A stretch of DNA of 64,000 nt from an uncultured Acidobacteriota bacterium. GTDB taxonomy: Bacteria; Acidobacteriota; Vicinamibacteria; Vicinamibacterales; CAVVIG01. The DNA is taken from contig CAWIMX010000001.1 in assembly GCA_963837345.1 (NCBI GenBank), forward strand, positions 2,500,211 to 2,564,210, written 5' to 3'. The number at the start of each line of letters is the position of its first letter. Positions within the stretch are counted from its first letter, which is position 1. The position numbers were made by a program, and so were the translations under genes. Positions 29,968-38,394 of this stretch are shown here, piece after piece. Below the pieces are notes generated by a model that worked only from the letters and a program-made list of their open reading frames with translations, had not been told where the DNA came from and searched no databases.

Positions 29968-30153
29968 TCAACCGCTCCGCGCGGCGGGCGCCACACGCAA
30001 CCCGATGGCGGGCGTCCGGGCCGGAGGATCGCTGGCCGGAAACGACTCCTCCTCGGCTTCGTCGATCGGATCGCGTGGCGAATCGCGCGGAGATGACGGA
30101 CCGGGTGGCCGGTCGGTGCGGTCGGCGTCGTCCAGGTGATCGCTTTCAGTCAC
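29968..30153 (-). CDS. small hypothetical protein with EESFPASDPP motif
   Basis: 61 codons from a GTG, with fairly high third-position GC. The C-terminal DPIDEAEEESFPASDPPA resembles a motif I recall from many small stress-locus proteins (memory, unverified). A terminator follows. No SD is visible. Confidence 0.35.
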   Translation of the reverse strand: MTESDHLDDADRTDRPPGPSSPRDSPRDPIDEAEEESFPASDPPARTPAIGLRVAPAARSG

Positions 30154-30179
30154 GGTCGGGGTCGCCACGGGGGCTGCGT

Positions 30180-30195
30180 TGCAAGAGGTCGGCCA
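30180..30195 (-). promoter_or_regulatory. sigma-54-type promoter motif (-24/-12)
   Basis: Minus strand reads TGGCCGACCTCTTGCA, giving GG-N10-GC spacing with an exact TTGCA. It lies 26 nt upstream of the GTG of the small ORF. Confidence 0.4.
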
Positions 30196-30227
30196 GGAGA
30201 CGGCCGCCGTCGAACCGGGAGGGTGTG

Positions 30228-30440
30228 ATGAGAAAACGGCCAACCGATCGGTCCAAGGGGAAGTCGCGCACCGCGGCCAGGAATCTGACGGACCTTCTGC
30301 AACCGGATCGAGCGACGAGCGACGAGCTCGGCCGCGAGTCCGACGCGGGCGATGCCCCCGCCCCGGGCCCGCGAGAGTTGCCTGCCCGAGCCGTGCATCC
30401 GGAAGGGAAGAGTTCGGAGCCGCGCCCGGCGAAACGATGA
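30228..30440 (+). CDS. possible small basic disordered protein
   Basis: 70 codons (MRKRPTDRSKGKSRTAARNL...) preceded by GGGAGGG 4 nt upstream of the ATG. No family recognised. It could be non-coding. Confidence 0.3.
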   Translation: MRKRPTDRSKGKSRTAARNLTDLLQPDRATSDELGRESDAGDAPAPGPRELPARAVHPEGKSSEPRPAKR

Positions 30441-30690
30441 TGCGAGCGTGAGCGACGGCAACGAGCGGGCGTGGACCCGCCGGAGGCGCCGAATAGCGGA
30501 CGAGCAACGAGCGGGAGTGGACCCGCCGGAAGCGGCGACTAACGGACGAGTGCCAATCGCCAGATGCGAGCATGAGCGACGGCAACGAGCGGGCGTGGAC
30601 CCGCCGGAGGCGGCGACTAACGGACGAGTGCCAATCGCAAGATCCGGAGCGTGAGCGACGGCAACGAGCGGGGGTGGGGCCCCGCGAGCA
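30438..30690. repeat. intergenic tandem repeat array (units of about 78-125 bp, three copies plus an internal sub-duplication)
   Basis: (G/A)TGAGCGACGGCAACGAGCGGG occurs at 30448, 30572 and 30651. GCGACTAACGGACGAGTGCCAATCGC occurs at 30535 and 30613. GATGCGAGC(G/A)TGAGCGACGG occurs at 30438 and 30563. Confidence 0.85.
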
Positions 30691-30699
30691 GTAATAGAA

Positions 30700-30714
30700 G
30701 GCAACGACTTTGCA
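30700..30714 (+). promoter_or_regulatory. sigma-54-type promoter motif (-24/-12)
   Basis: GGCAACGACTTTGCA gives GG-N10-GC spacing with an exact TTGCA. The predicted start site is near 30725, 3 nt before the SDR ATG. Confidence 0.4.
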
Positions 30715-30727
30715 CTTTGAACGACGC

Positions 30728-31726
30728 ATGGCCTCCCGGGTCGTCATGATCACGGGCGCGTCGGCGGGTGTCGGGCGCGCCACGGCACGCGCATTCGCGC
30801 GCGAGGGCGCGGCGATCGGGCTGCTGGCGCGGGGCACCGCCGGACTCGACGGCGCGCGTCGTGACGTCGTCGACGCCGGCGGCCAGGCGCTGGTGCTCAG
30901 GGCCGACGTGTCCGATGCCGCGGCGGTCGAGCGCGCGGCGGCGGATCTCGAAGCGGCGTTCGGCCCCATCGACGTGTGGGTGAACAACGCGATGCTCACC
31001 GTGTTCTCGCCGGTGCGCGAGACGCGGGCCGAGGAATTCCACCGGGTGACCGAGGTGACCTACCTGGGCGTGGTCTACGGCACGCTGGCGGCGCTTGGCT
31101 GCATGCTCCCGCGCGATCGCGGATCGATCGTGCAGGTCGGATCGGCGCTCGCCTATCGCGGCATTCCGCTGCAGGCGGCCTACTGCGGCGCCAAGCACGC
31201 CATCCAGGGATTCTGCGATTCGCTGCGGAGCGAGCTGCTGCACGACGGCAGCCGCGTCCGCCTGACGATGGTGCAGCTGCCCGCGATGAACACGCCGCAG
31301 TTCGACTGGATGCGAAGTCGGCTCCCGCAACGCGGCCGGCCGGTGCCGCCGATCTTCGAGCCCGACGTGGCCGCCGAGGCGATCGTGTGGGCGTCGCGAC
31401 ACGATCGGCGCGAGATCTATGTCGGGCTTCCGACCGTGACGGCCATTGTGGGCAACAAGATTGCGCCCGGTCTTGCCGATCGCTACCTGGCTCAGACAGG
31501 CTTTGCCACGCAACAGACGACCGAGCCCGAAGATCCTGAGCGTCCCGACAATCTGTGGGCGCCGGTGGACGAGGGTCGCGACTTCGGCGCGCGCGGGCGC
31601 TTCGGGCAGCAGGCGCATCGACGCAGCTGGCAGCTGTGGATCTCGGAGCACCGGCGCGCTCTGGCGGCGGCCGGCGTCGCGGCCTGCAGCGCGGCGGTTG
31701 TCCTGGCCCGCGCTGACAAATCCTGA
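30728..31726 (+). CDS. short-chain dehydrogenase/reductase (SDR) with C-terminal extension
   Basis: [18 protein letters not shown] (TGxxxGxG), NNAM, and catalytic YCGAKHA (YxxxK). ATG at 30728 is preferred over the TTG at 30710. Confidence 0.85.
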   Translation: MASRVVMITGASAGVGRATARAFAREGAAIGLLARGTAGLDGARRDVVDAGGQALVLRADVSDAAAVERAAADLEAAFGPIDVWVNNAMLTVFSPVRETRAEEFHRVTEVTYLGVVYGTLAALGCMLPRDRGSIVQVGSALAYRGIPLQAAYCGAKHAIQGFCDSLRSELLHDGSRVRLTMVQLPAMNTPQFDWMRSRLPQRGRPVPPIFEPDVAAEAIVWASRHDRREIYVGLPTVTAIVGNKIAPGLADRYLAQTGFATQQTTEPEDPERPDNLWAPVDEGRDFGARGRFGQQAHRRSWQLWISEHRRALAAAGVAACSAAVVLARADKS

Positions 31727-31888
31727 CATTCCGGGTCGATTTTGGCCTCATGCGACCCCGTTCACCGCAAACCCTTGTATTTAATGATGCAAGATTGTCG
31801 GTTGTCGAGCCGCGTCTTCCCGTAAAATGGCCAGGTGCCGTTCAGACCCCTGAAGCCTGTGCTTCTGGCGAGGAACGGAGGGGGATTA

Positions 31889-33313
<1,425 letters not shown>

Positions 33314-33376
33314 CGCAGTTCCGGTGTCACGGGGACGGAACAGTCGGTCGTTCCGTCCCCGCTTTTCCCACGAAAG

Positions 33377-34282
33377 ATGAGAGTCATGTTCATGAAGTCC
33401 CCTCGATGGACCGTTGCGAAGCTCTGCGTCGCCGCCGCGCTCGCGGCCGGCGCCGTCGTCGTCTCCGCGCAGCGGCTGCCCATCGAACCGCCCAAAGGAT
33501 TCGGGACGAGCATCACCGCCTCGTTCGAAGGCTGGTTCGACAACCCGGACGGCAACGGCCGCTCGTTCCTCGTTGGCTACTACAACCGCAACCTCAAGCG
33601 CGACATGGACATCCCGATCGGGGACAGCAACAAGATCGAACCGGGGGGGCCTGACCAGGGCCAGCCGACGCACTTTCTGGCCGGGCGCCGGACGGGCGTG
33701 TTCATCGTGCCCGTGCCGAAAGATTTCACGAAGCCGGATCAGTCGCTGATCTGGACGATCACCGCGAACGGCATCACGACACAGATCCCGCTGCGGACGT
33801 TCAACGACTACAACGTGAGCCCGTTCACCGATCTCGCTGTCGGCAACAAGCCGCCCGTGGTGCAGTTCGAGGAGGCCGGGGCCGCGATCCAAGGACCGAT
33901 TGCGCGCATCGCCACCGCCCCTGCGCGCACCGCGAAGGTGGGCGTGCCCCTGGCGCTGCCGGTCTGGGCCAGCGACGATGCGAAGTACACGAGCGGCACC
34001 AACGCGCCGATGACGCGCGACCGGACGCCGGTCACCCTCTTCTGGGCGAAGTTCCGCGGCCCGGGTGAGGTGGCGTTCGACAAGGACGAGCCGAAGCTGG
34101 ACGTCCTCGAAGGCGGCAAGGTCAACGAGCAGTTCCGCGGCAAGGCCACGACGACCGCGACGTTCAGCGAGCCCGGCGAGTACGTCCTGGAACTGACCGC
34201 GGACGACTACTCGGGCGAGGGCGGCGGCGGCGAAGTGTGCTGCTGGACCAACGCCATGATCAAGGTCACCGTCGCGCCGTAG
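33377..34282 (+). CDS. hypothetical secreted protein (partner of the monooxygenase-like gene)
   Basis: 301 aa with signal peptide (AAALAAGAVVVSAQ), 63 nt downstream of the previous gene on the same strand. No family recognised. Confidence 0.6.
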   Translation: MRVMFMKSPRWTVAKLCVAAALAAGAVVVSAQRLPIEPPKGFGTSITASFEGWFDNPDGNGRSFLVGYYNRNLKRDMDIPIGDSNKIEPGGPDQGQPTHFLAGRRTGVFIVPVPKDFTKPDQSLIWTITANGITTQIPLRTFNDYNVSPFTDLAVGNKPPVVQFEEAGAAIQGPIARIATAPARTAKVGVPLALPVWASDDAKYTSGTNAPMTRDRTPVTLFWAKFRGPGEVAFDKDEPKLDVLEGGKVNEQFRGKATTTATFSEPGEYVLELTADDYSGEGGGGEVCCWTNAMIKVTVAP

Positions 34283-34289
34283 CGCTCGA

Positions 34290-34343
34290 GAGTGCCGGGT
34301 CTCGGGTGCGCCGACGCACGGCCGCACCCAGCCCCCGGCACTC
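34290..34343. terminator. long imperfect hairpin between convergent genes (possible bidirectional terminator)
   Basis: The outer arms GAGTGCCGGG (34290-34299) and CCCGGCACTC (34334-34343) pair. The inner arms GGGTGCG (34304-34310) and CGCACCC (34323-34329) also pair. Confidence 0.4.
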
Positions 34344-34386
34344 GCATTCAATACTCAGCACTCGCAACTCACCACGTAGCACCCGC

Positions 34387-35520
34387 TCAGTTCGTCGACG
34401 CCGTTCCGCCCTCCGCCACAACCGAGTGTGTCTGTGTGCCGATTCCTTCGATCGTGCAGACGGCCGTGTCGCCCGCACGCATCCAGCGCGGCTCGGCGCG
34501 CTCGATGTTCGTGCCCGCCGGGCTGCCGCCCGAGATCACGTCGCCGGGGTTGAGCGTCAGGATGTCCGACGCGTAGTGCAGGAGCTCGTAGATGTTGTGG
34601 CTCATGCGGCTCGTGTTCGAGTCCTGCATCACCTCGCCGTTCAGCGTGAACGTGTGCCGCGTGTTCATCGGGTTCGGCAGGAACTCCTTCGGCACGATGA
34701 ACGGACCGAGCGGCCCGAACGTGTCGTGATTCTTGCCGACCAGCCAGTCCGAGCCGCCCATCTTCCGGTCGCCGCGGCCGCCGCGGTCCGACACGTCGAT
34801 CTGGATCGTGTAGCCGAAGATGTAGTCGGCGGCGCTCGCCACCGGCACGTACTTGGCGGGCTTGCCGATCACGACGTCGAACTCGCACTCGAAGTCGATG
34901 TTGGTGCGGCCCCTGGGCATCACGATCGGATCGTTGGCGCCGGTGACGACCGTGGGCGACTTCATGAAGAGGTACGGGTTGTCGCGCGTGTCGCCGGCCT
35001 GCCGCTCCCAGATGCCCGGCGCCGACACGGCCTGCGAGGCCGGCTCCGGCGCCGCGCCCGACCGCTGCTGCTGGGCGGCGATGCCTTCGGTGTGTTCGGT
35101 GTAGTTCCCGCCGGCGTTGAGGATGAGAGAGGGCCGCACCGGCGGCAGCACGCGGAGGCCGTCGAGGGCATACGCATAGGCCGGCTGGCTGGCGGCGGTC
35201 GAGACGTCGCGGGCGATGGCCTGCAGGCGCCCCTGCCAGTCGCCGTATCCGGTGATGAGCGCGTTCATGGTCGCCGGGGCGGTGAGCTTCGGCGCCGACT
35301 GGTTGCGCCCTTCGAAGGCGGCATTTGCCGCTGCGATGTCGACCACCCGGGTGTCGTTGAGCACGAGACCGACGAAGGGTTGATCGTTGCGGCTGAAGGT
35401 GCCGACCTTGTAGGGCACCGCCGGCCCGCCCGACTGGGCGTCGGTGGCCTGGTTGCAGCCGGTGAGTCCGACTCCGAGCGCGACGACGACGAGCGTGCTT
35501 CGCGTGCGACTTCCGGTCAT
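34387..35520 (-). CDS. fumarylacetoacetate hydrolase (FAH) family protein with lipoprotein signal
   Basis: ATG at 35520, 7 nt after GGAGG. Lipobox LTGC. The FAH-fold C-terminal region includes ECEFDVVIGK, IFGYTIQIDVSDR and GDVISGGSPAG. Confidence 0.8.
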   Translation of the reverse strand: MTGSRTRSTLVVVALGVGLTGCNQATDAQSGGPAVPYKVGTFSRNDQPFVGLVLNDTRVVDIAAANAAFEGRNQSAPKLTAPATMNALITGYGDWQGRLQAIARDVSTAASQPAYAYALDGLRVLPPVRPSLILNAGGNYTEHTEGIAAQQQRSGAAPEPASQAVSAPGIWERQAGDTRDNPYLFMKSPTVVTGANDPIVMPRGRTNIDFECEFDVVIGKPAKYVPVASAADYIFGYTIQIDVSDRGGRGDRKMGGSDWLVGKNHDTFGPLGPFIVPKEFLPNPMNTRHTFTLNGEVMQDSNTSRMSHNIYELLHYASDILTLNPGDVISGGSPAGTNIERAEPRWMRAGDTAVCTIEGIGTQTHSVVAEGGTASTN

Positions 35521-35843
35521 GCACACCTCCAGTGTGAGGCGCCATTCTATCGCTCCGAGGGGCGGTCACCGCAAGAGGCCGTCGGGCGACGTTCGGGCGG
35601 CTTCCGATGCGCCTCGTCCGGTGCAACCGCTCGTTCGGCGGCCTGTCACCTGCACTCCTGTCTCCGCCTCCTGACTCACGCCATTCGGGTGGCACGATTC
35701 GAACGTGAGACCGCGGCATAGCCTTGACTGAGGGGGCGCTCGACGGCTCCCAGAAGTCGGCATCGTGCTTGACAGGACCGCCGCCGATCGCCCTGCCGGG
35801 CTCTCATTGGACGGTGTTGAAAGACCGGAATGAAAGAAGACCG

Positions 35844-35933
35844 ACGTAACTGACCCGTCCACCGATTCGGAGCAGGTCCACCCGCGGCCGTTCAGCAAAG
35901 GGCGCGGCCGACGGGTGCAGCCGCGTGTTGGGC
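35844..35933 (-). repeat. degenerate terminal attC-like site (attC5)
   Basis: On the minus strand, GCCCAAC (35927-35933) is followed by arms ACGCGGCTGCACCCGTCGGCCG / CGGCCGCGGGTGGACCTGC homologous to the other attCs. The expected GTTRRRY is missing, and the nearest candidate is GTTACGT (35844-35850). Confidence 0.4.
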
Positions 35934-36382
35934 CGCCCGTTCACCGTATCGGGATGCATTGGAGATCCAGGCGGCAAGACGGAGGCCACCGGGTCGCAGC
36001 AGGTCAAAACTGTGTAGATGCCGGAAGAAGAAGCCACAGCCCCCACGACAGTACCGCTTCGAAAGATCGGTAGAAGAACGCCGACTCCTCGACGGACTCG
36101 CACGCCACGGCAACGCCGGGAAGGTACGTGCGAAAGGCGGCGACGAGGGTGGGTGAGGCGTCAGCTCCGTAGACAGTGAGGCCCTCGTCAACCAGGACCT
36201 TCGTGATAGGAAACCGGGACCCGCAACCGAGGTCGAGCACACTAGCATGGTGCGGTAGCGAGCGCGCCCACGCGCGCAACATGCCGGACACCGATACCGC
36301 CGGAAGAACTGCCGCGGCCGGCGAGAAACTCGGCGGCGATCCGTTCGTATCCGTTCGCGAGACTTGCCGCGTGCTTCCCCAT
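35892..36382 (-). pseudogene. class I SAM-dependent methyltransferase cassette gene, broken by two frameshifts
   Basis: Three consecutive frames read MGKHAASLANGYERIAAEF...GIG, then LRAWARSLPHHASVLDLGCGS...FEAVLSWGLW, then FDLLRPGGLRLAAWI... Confidence 0.7.
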
Positions 36383-36396
36383 CTGCTGGCGCAGCG

Positions 36397-36469
36397 GTCT
36401 AACGTCCAGGCTTCAGCCGCGCCGGCTCAGGATCGCACCAGCCGGCGTCGGCTGCAAGCCGTGTTAGGC
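36397..36469 (-). repeat. attC site (attC4)
   Basis: On the plus strand, GTCTAAC...GTTAGGC flank arms GTCCAGGCTTCAGCCGCGCCGGC / GCCGGCGTCGGCTGCAAGCCGT with bulged bases. The site lies 15 nt after the parE stop. Confidence 0.8.
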
Positions 36470-36484
36470 TGCGTCTCGACTCGG

Positions 36485-36799
36485 TTACGACTGATCTTGG
36501 CGCCACTTCGCAAAGTCTCTCGACCCGTGCAGAAATGCGTGAATGACCACATGGTCGGCTGAGACTTGGTAGATCAGGCGATACCGGAATACGAACAGTT
36601 CTCGCTTCGTTCCGTCGCCGAACTCCGGAACGATCCGACCCCGGTCGGCGAGCGTGCCGAGCGACGATGCGGCCTCGAGGGCAGCCTCAAGAACCCGAAC
36701 CGCCTGGTCCCGCGAGTCCCGAGCGATGTAGGTAATGACCTCGTCGAGGCCGCCGCGGGCGGATTCGGCCCAGATTACTTCGCGGCGCCGAGGAGCCAC
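36485..36799 (-). CDS. parE: ParE/RelE-family type II toxin
   Basis: 104 aa. ...GLDEVITYIARDS...GRIVPEFGDGTKRELFVFRYRLIYQVSADHVVIHAFLHGSRD is the ParE_toxin pattern. It overlaps the upstream antitoxin gene by 25 nt. Confidence 0.85.
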   Translation of the reverse strand: MAPRRREVIWAESARGGLDEVITYIARDSRDQAVRVLEAALEAASSLGTLADRGRIVPEFGDGTKRELFVFRYRLIYQVSADHVVIHAFLHGSRDFAKWRQDQS

Positions 36800-36972
36800 T
36801 TCCGGCGCAACTCCGCCTCGACCTGCTCGTGAGGAATGGTGCGCCCCGCCGCAGCGTCGGCCTCACCGCGCTCGACGGCCTGCAGCACGTACAGGTGGTA
36901 CAGCACGTCGTCGAGGCTGCAGTCTTCAGGCAACCGGTCGAGAAGGGCGCGGACCGTTTCTTTGGTCGTCAT
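36775..36972 (-). CDS. putative antitoxin of the ParE module
   Basis: 65 aa (MTTKETVRALLDRLPEDCSLDDVLYHLYVLQAVERGEADAAAGRTIPHEQV...). It sits upstream of and overlaps the toxin, which is the canonical TA organisation. Confidence 0.7.
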   Translation of the reverse strand: MTTKETVRALLDRLPEDCSLDDVLYHLYVLQAVERGEADAAAGRTIPHEQVEAELRRKWLLGAAK

Positions 36973-37021
36973 GAGAAGTGGTTCCAGTATACGCGGAGCC
37001 TGCCGGTTGTCTGGCTCAGCA

Positions 37022-37082
37022 GCCTAACGACAACGCATCACCAGTGCGGCACGTTCGTCTTCTTGGTTCGCTGTCGTCACCA
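37022..37082 (-). repeat. attC-like site of a different sequence type (attC3)
   Basis: On the minus strand, TGGTGAC-GACAGCG...GCGTTGTC-GTTAGGC (61 bp). The core GTTAGGC is perfect and the inverse core is degenerate. It starts 2 nt after the stop of the 62-aa ORF. Confidence 0.5.
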
Positions 37083-37084
37083 GC

Positions 37085-37273
37085 TCAGTTCGAGTTGACG
37101 GGCGGTACACCTGCTAGATTCATCCGTATTATCGCAAGATTCGACATGATCGCGTACATTGCCGGAGCACTCTGCCGCGTCGACGGCAATGCCTTCAGGA
37201 GTTCGACAATGCCGCTCAGGGCCTTGAAGATCTCCGTCGCCTCGTTTTGCGTCAGGATGATCTGCGCGTCCAT
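37085..37273 (-). CDS. orphan cassette ORF (62 aa)
   Basis: MDAQIILTQNEATEIFKALSGIVELLKALP... with AT-richer codons than the host genes. An attC-like site follows directly. No family recognised. Confidence 0.45.
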   Translation of the reverse strand: MDAQIILTQNEATEIFKALSGIVELLKALPSTRQSAPAMYAIMSNLAIIRMNLAGVPPVNSN

Positions 37274-37368
37274 GTGACCTCCCCAGCCTCGATGACCGTC
37301 TGGCCTCTCGCTACCACCGACGTCCAGCCGGCAAGTCGCGATTGCTGCAGATACCGATCCGTCTTGTC

Positions 37369-37440
37369 CGCCAACGTCCAGCCTTCAGCCGCGGCGGCTC
37401 TCGATGCGTCAGCCGCCGACGGCTGCAAGCCGTGTTAGCC
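37369..37440 (-). repeat. attC site (attC2)
   Basis: On the plus strand, CGCCAAC GTCCAGCCTTCAGCCGCGGCGGC ... GCCGCCGACGGCTGCAAGCCGT GTTAGCC. The arms are nearly identical to those of attC4. Confidence 0.8.
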
Positions 37441-37818
37441 GGCCGATTCCTGATAATCCTGAAGTCGTATGGACGGCACGTCGACCCGGAAGAAAAAGGG
37501 GAGCAACCACAACGGCTGCGGCACTGAGGACAAACTGGTCTATCAGGGGCCGCTTCCGCGTGATCTTCGTTGCCGCAGCACTGACGACGAGCCATTGCAC
37601 AAGCGCCACAGCGACCGCGAGCGCGCCCGGACAGGCACAGAAGCAGGGCAACGAACAGCGTTCGGACGAACACGCCGTCGCCGTGGACGACGGCGGAAAT
37701 GGCGAAGATCGCCAGACCCGGACCTACGAGGTACGGTTGCGAAAATGGCCACAGCGCGGCCACGTCCACGGCTCCGCCCACTCCCCATGCGCTTTGCCCC
37801 AGTCGACGTGAGTGGCCC

Positions 37819-37900
37819 GGCCAACGCGCGGCCTGAGCCGCGCGACTCGGCGACAGCCTAGCACGGACGATGGGCGCGACGGCTCCAAACCGTGTTAGGC
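37819..37900 (-). repeat. attC site (attC1)
   Basis: On the plus strand, GGCCAAC GCGCGGCCTGAGCCGCGCG ... GGCGCGACGGCTCCAAACCGT GTTAGGC. The right arm is homologous to attC2 and attC4. The site lies 6 nt after the stop of the 143-aa ORF. Confidence 0.7.
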
Positions 37901-37906
37901 CGATGT

Positions 37907-38338
37907 TCACTCAGCGTACCCTGGCCGAATCAGCGCCTCACTCTCCTTCAAGCCTGGCGGGGAGCTTTTCGCATCTGTCACCGAAACCCAGACGAAACGC
38001 TCGTAGTTTGTGTTGGGGTTGTTGTTGTACTGGGCCCTGAGGTGGAGCATCTGCTCGTCGGACATGGGTAAGCCCTGAGGCGTGAGCCGCGCGTCGTCAA
38101 ACATCATTATCTGAATCGGCTTGGAAGCGTCTTCTTTGGTAACAACCGCGTGGAGAACCTGGGCGGCGAAGAACTTGTCTTTGAGGCCATTGGGTGTCAC
38201 GTACACGGTGCGAATCACTCCGAACTTCCCGACAAGCTTCCAATCCTGCGAAGTCTGTGAGCTTTGGCCCGCGAGCAAAGCGCCGAAAGCGACAAAGTTC
38301 GTGAAAGCGCCCACCGCTGAAGCGATCGGTCGAGTCAT
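37907..38338 (-). CDS. orphan cassette ORF, secreted protein (143 aa)
   Basis: ATG at 38338 preceded by GGAGGAGGAGGGAG. Signal-like N-terminus (AVGAFTNFVAFGALLAG). Lower-GC codons. No family recognised. Confidence 0.6.
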   Translation of the reverse strand: MTRPIASAVGAFTNFVAFGALLAGQSSQTSQDWKLVGKFGVIRTVYVTPNGLKDKFFAAQVLHAVVTKEDASKPIQIMMFDDARLTPQGLPMSDEQMLHLRAQYNNNPNTNYERFVWVSVTDAKSSPPGLKESEALIRPGYAE

Positions 38339-38394
38339 CTCCCTCCTCCTCCGCGTTCCTGTGTAGCGTCCACGACCGTCGGGACGTTCACTCG

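Noticed and set aside
30438-30690. Possible CRISPR array, because repeats alternate with other sequence
   Set aside because: The 'spacers' (GCGACTAACGGACGAGTGCCAATCGC) are themselves repeated, the unit lengths are irregular (46, 78, 79 and 125 nt), and no cas genes are present. This is a tandem repeat, not a CRISPR array.
30150-30704. Track ORFs through the repeat array that show repeated peptides (LAIGTRPLVAASGGSTPARC x2 on the minus strand, AGVDPPEAATNGRVPIAR x2 on the plus strand)
   Set aside because: The peptide repetition simply mirrors the DNA repeats. There are no start or RBS signals, and the sequences are low-complexity and overlap in several frames. They are more likely non-coding.
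37311-37910. 199-aa track ORF across the cassette region
   Set aside because: It reads straight through two attC sites and combines unrelated segments, so it is not a credible single gene. Only part of it may derive from a frameshifted membrane-protein cassette.
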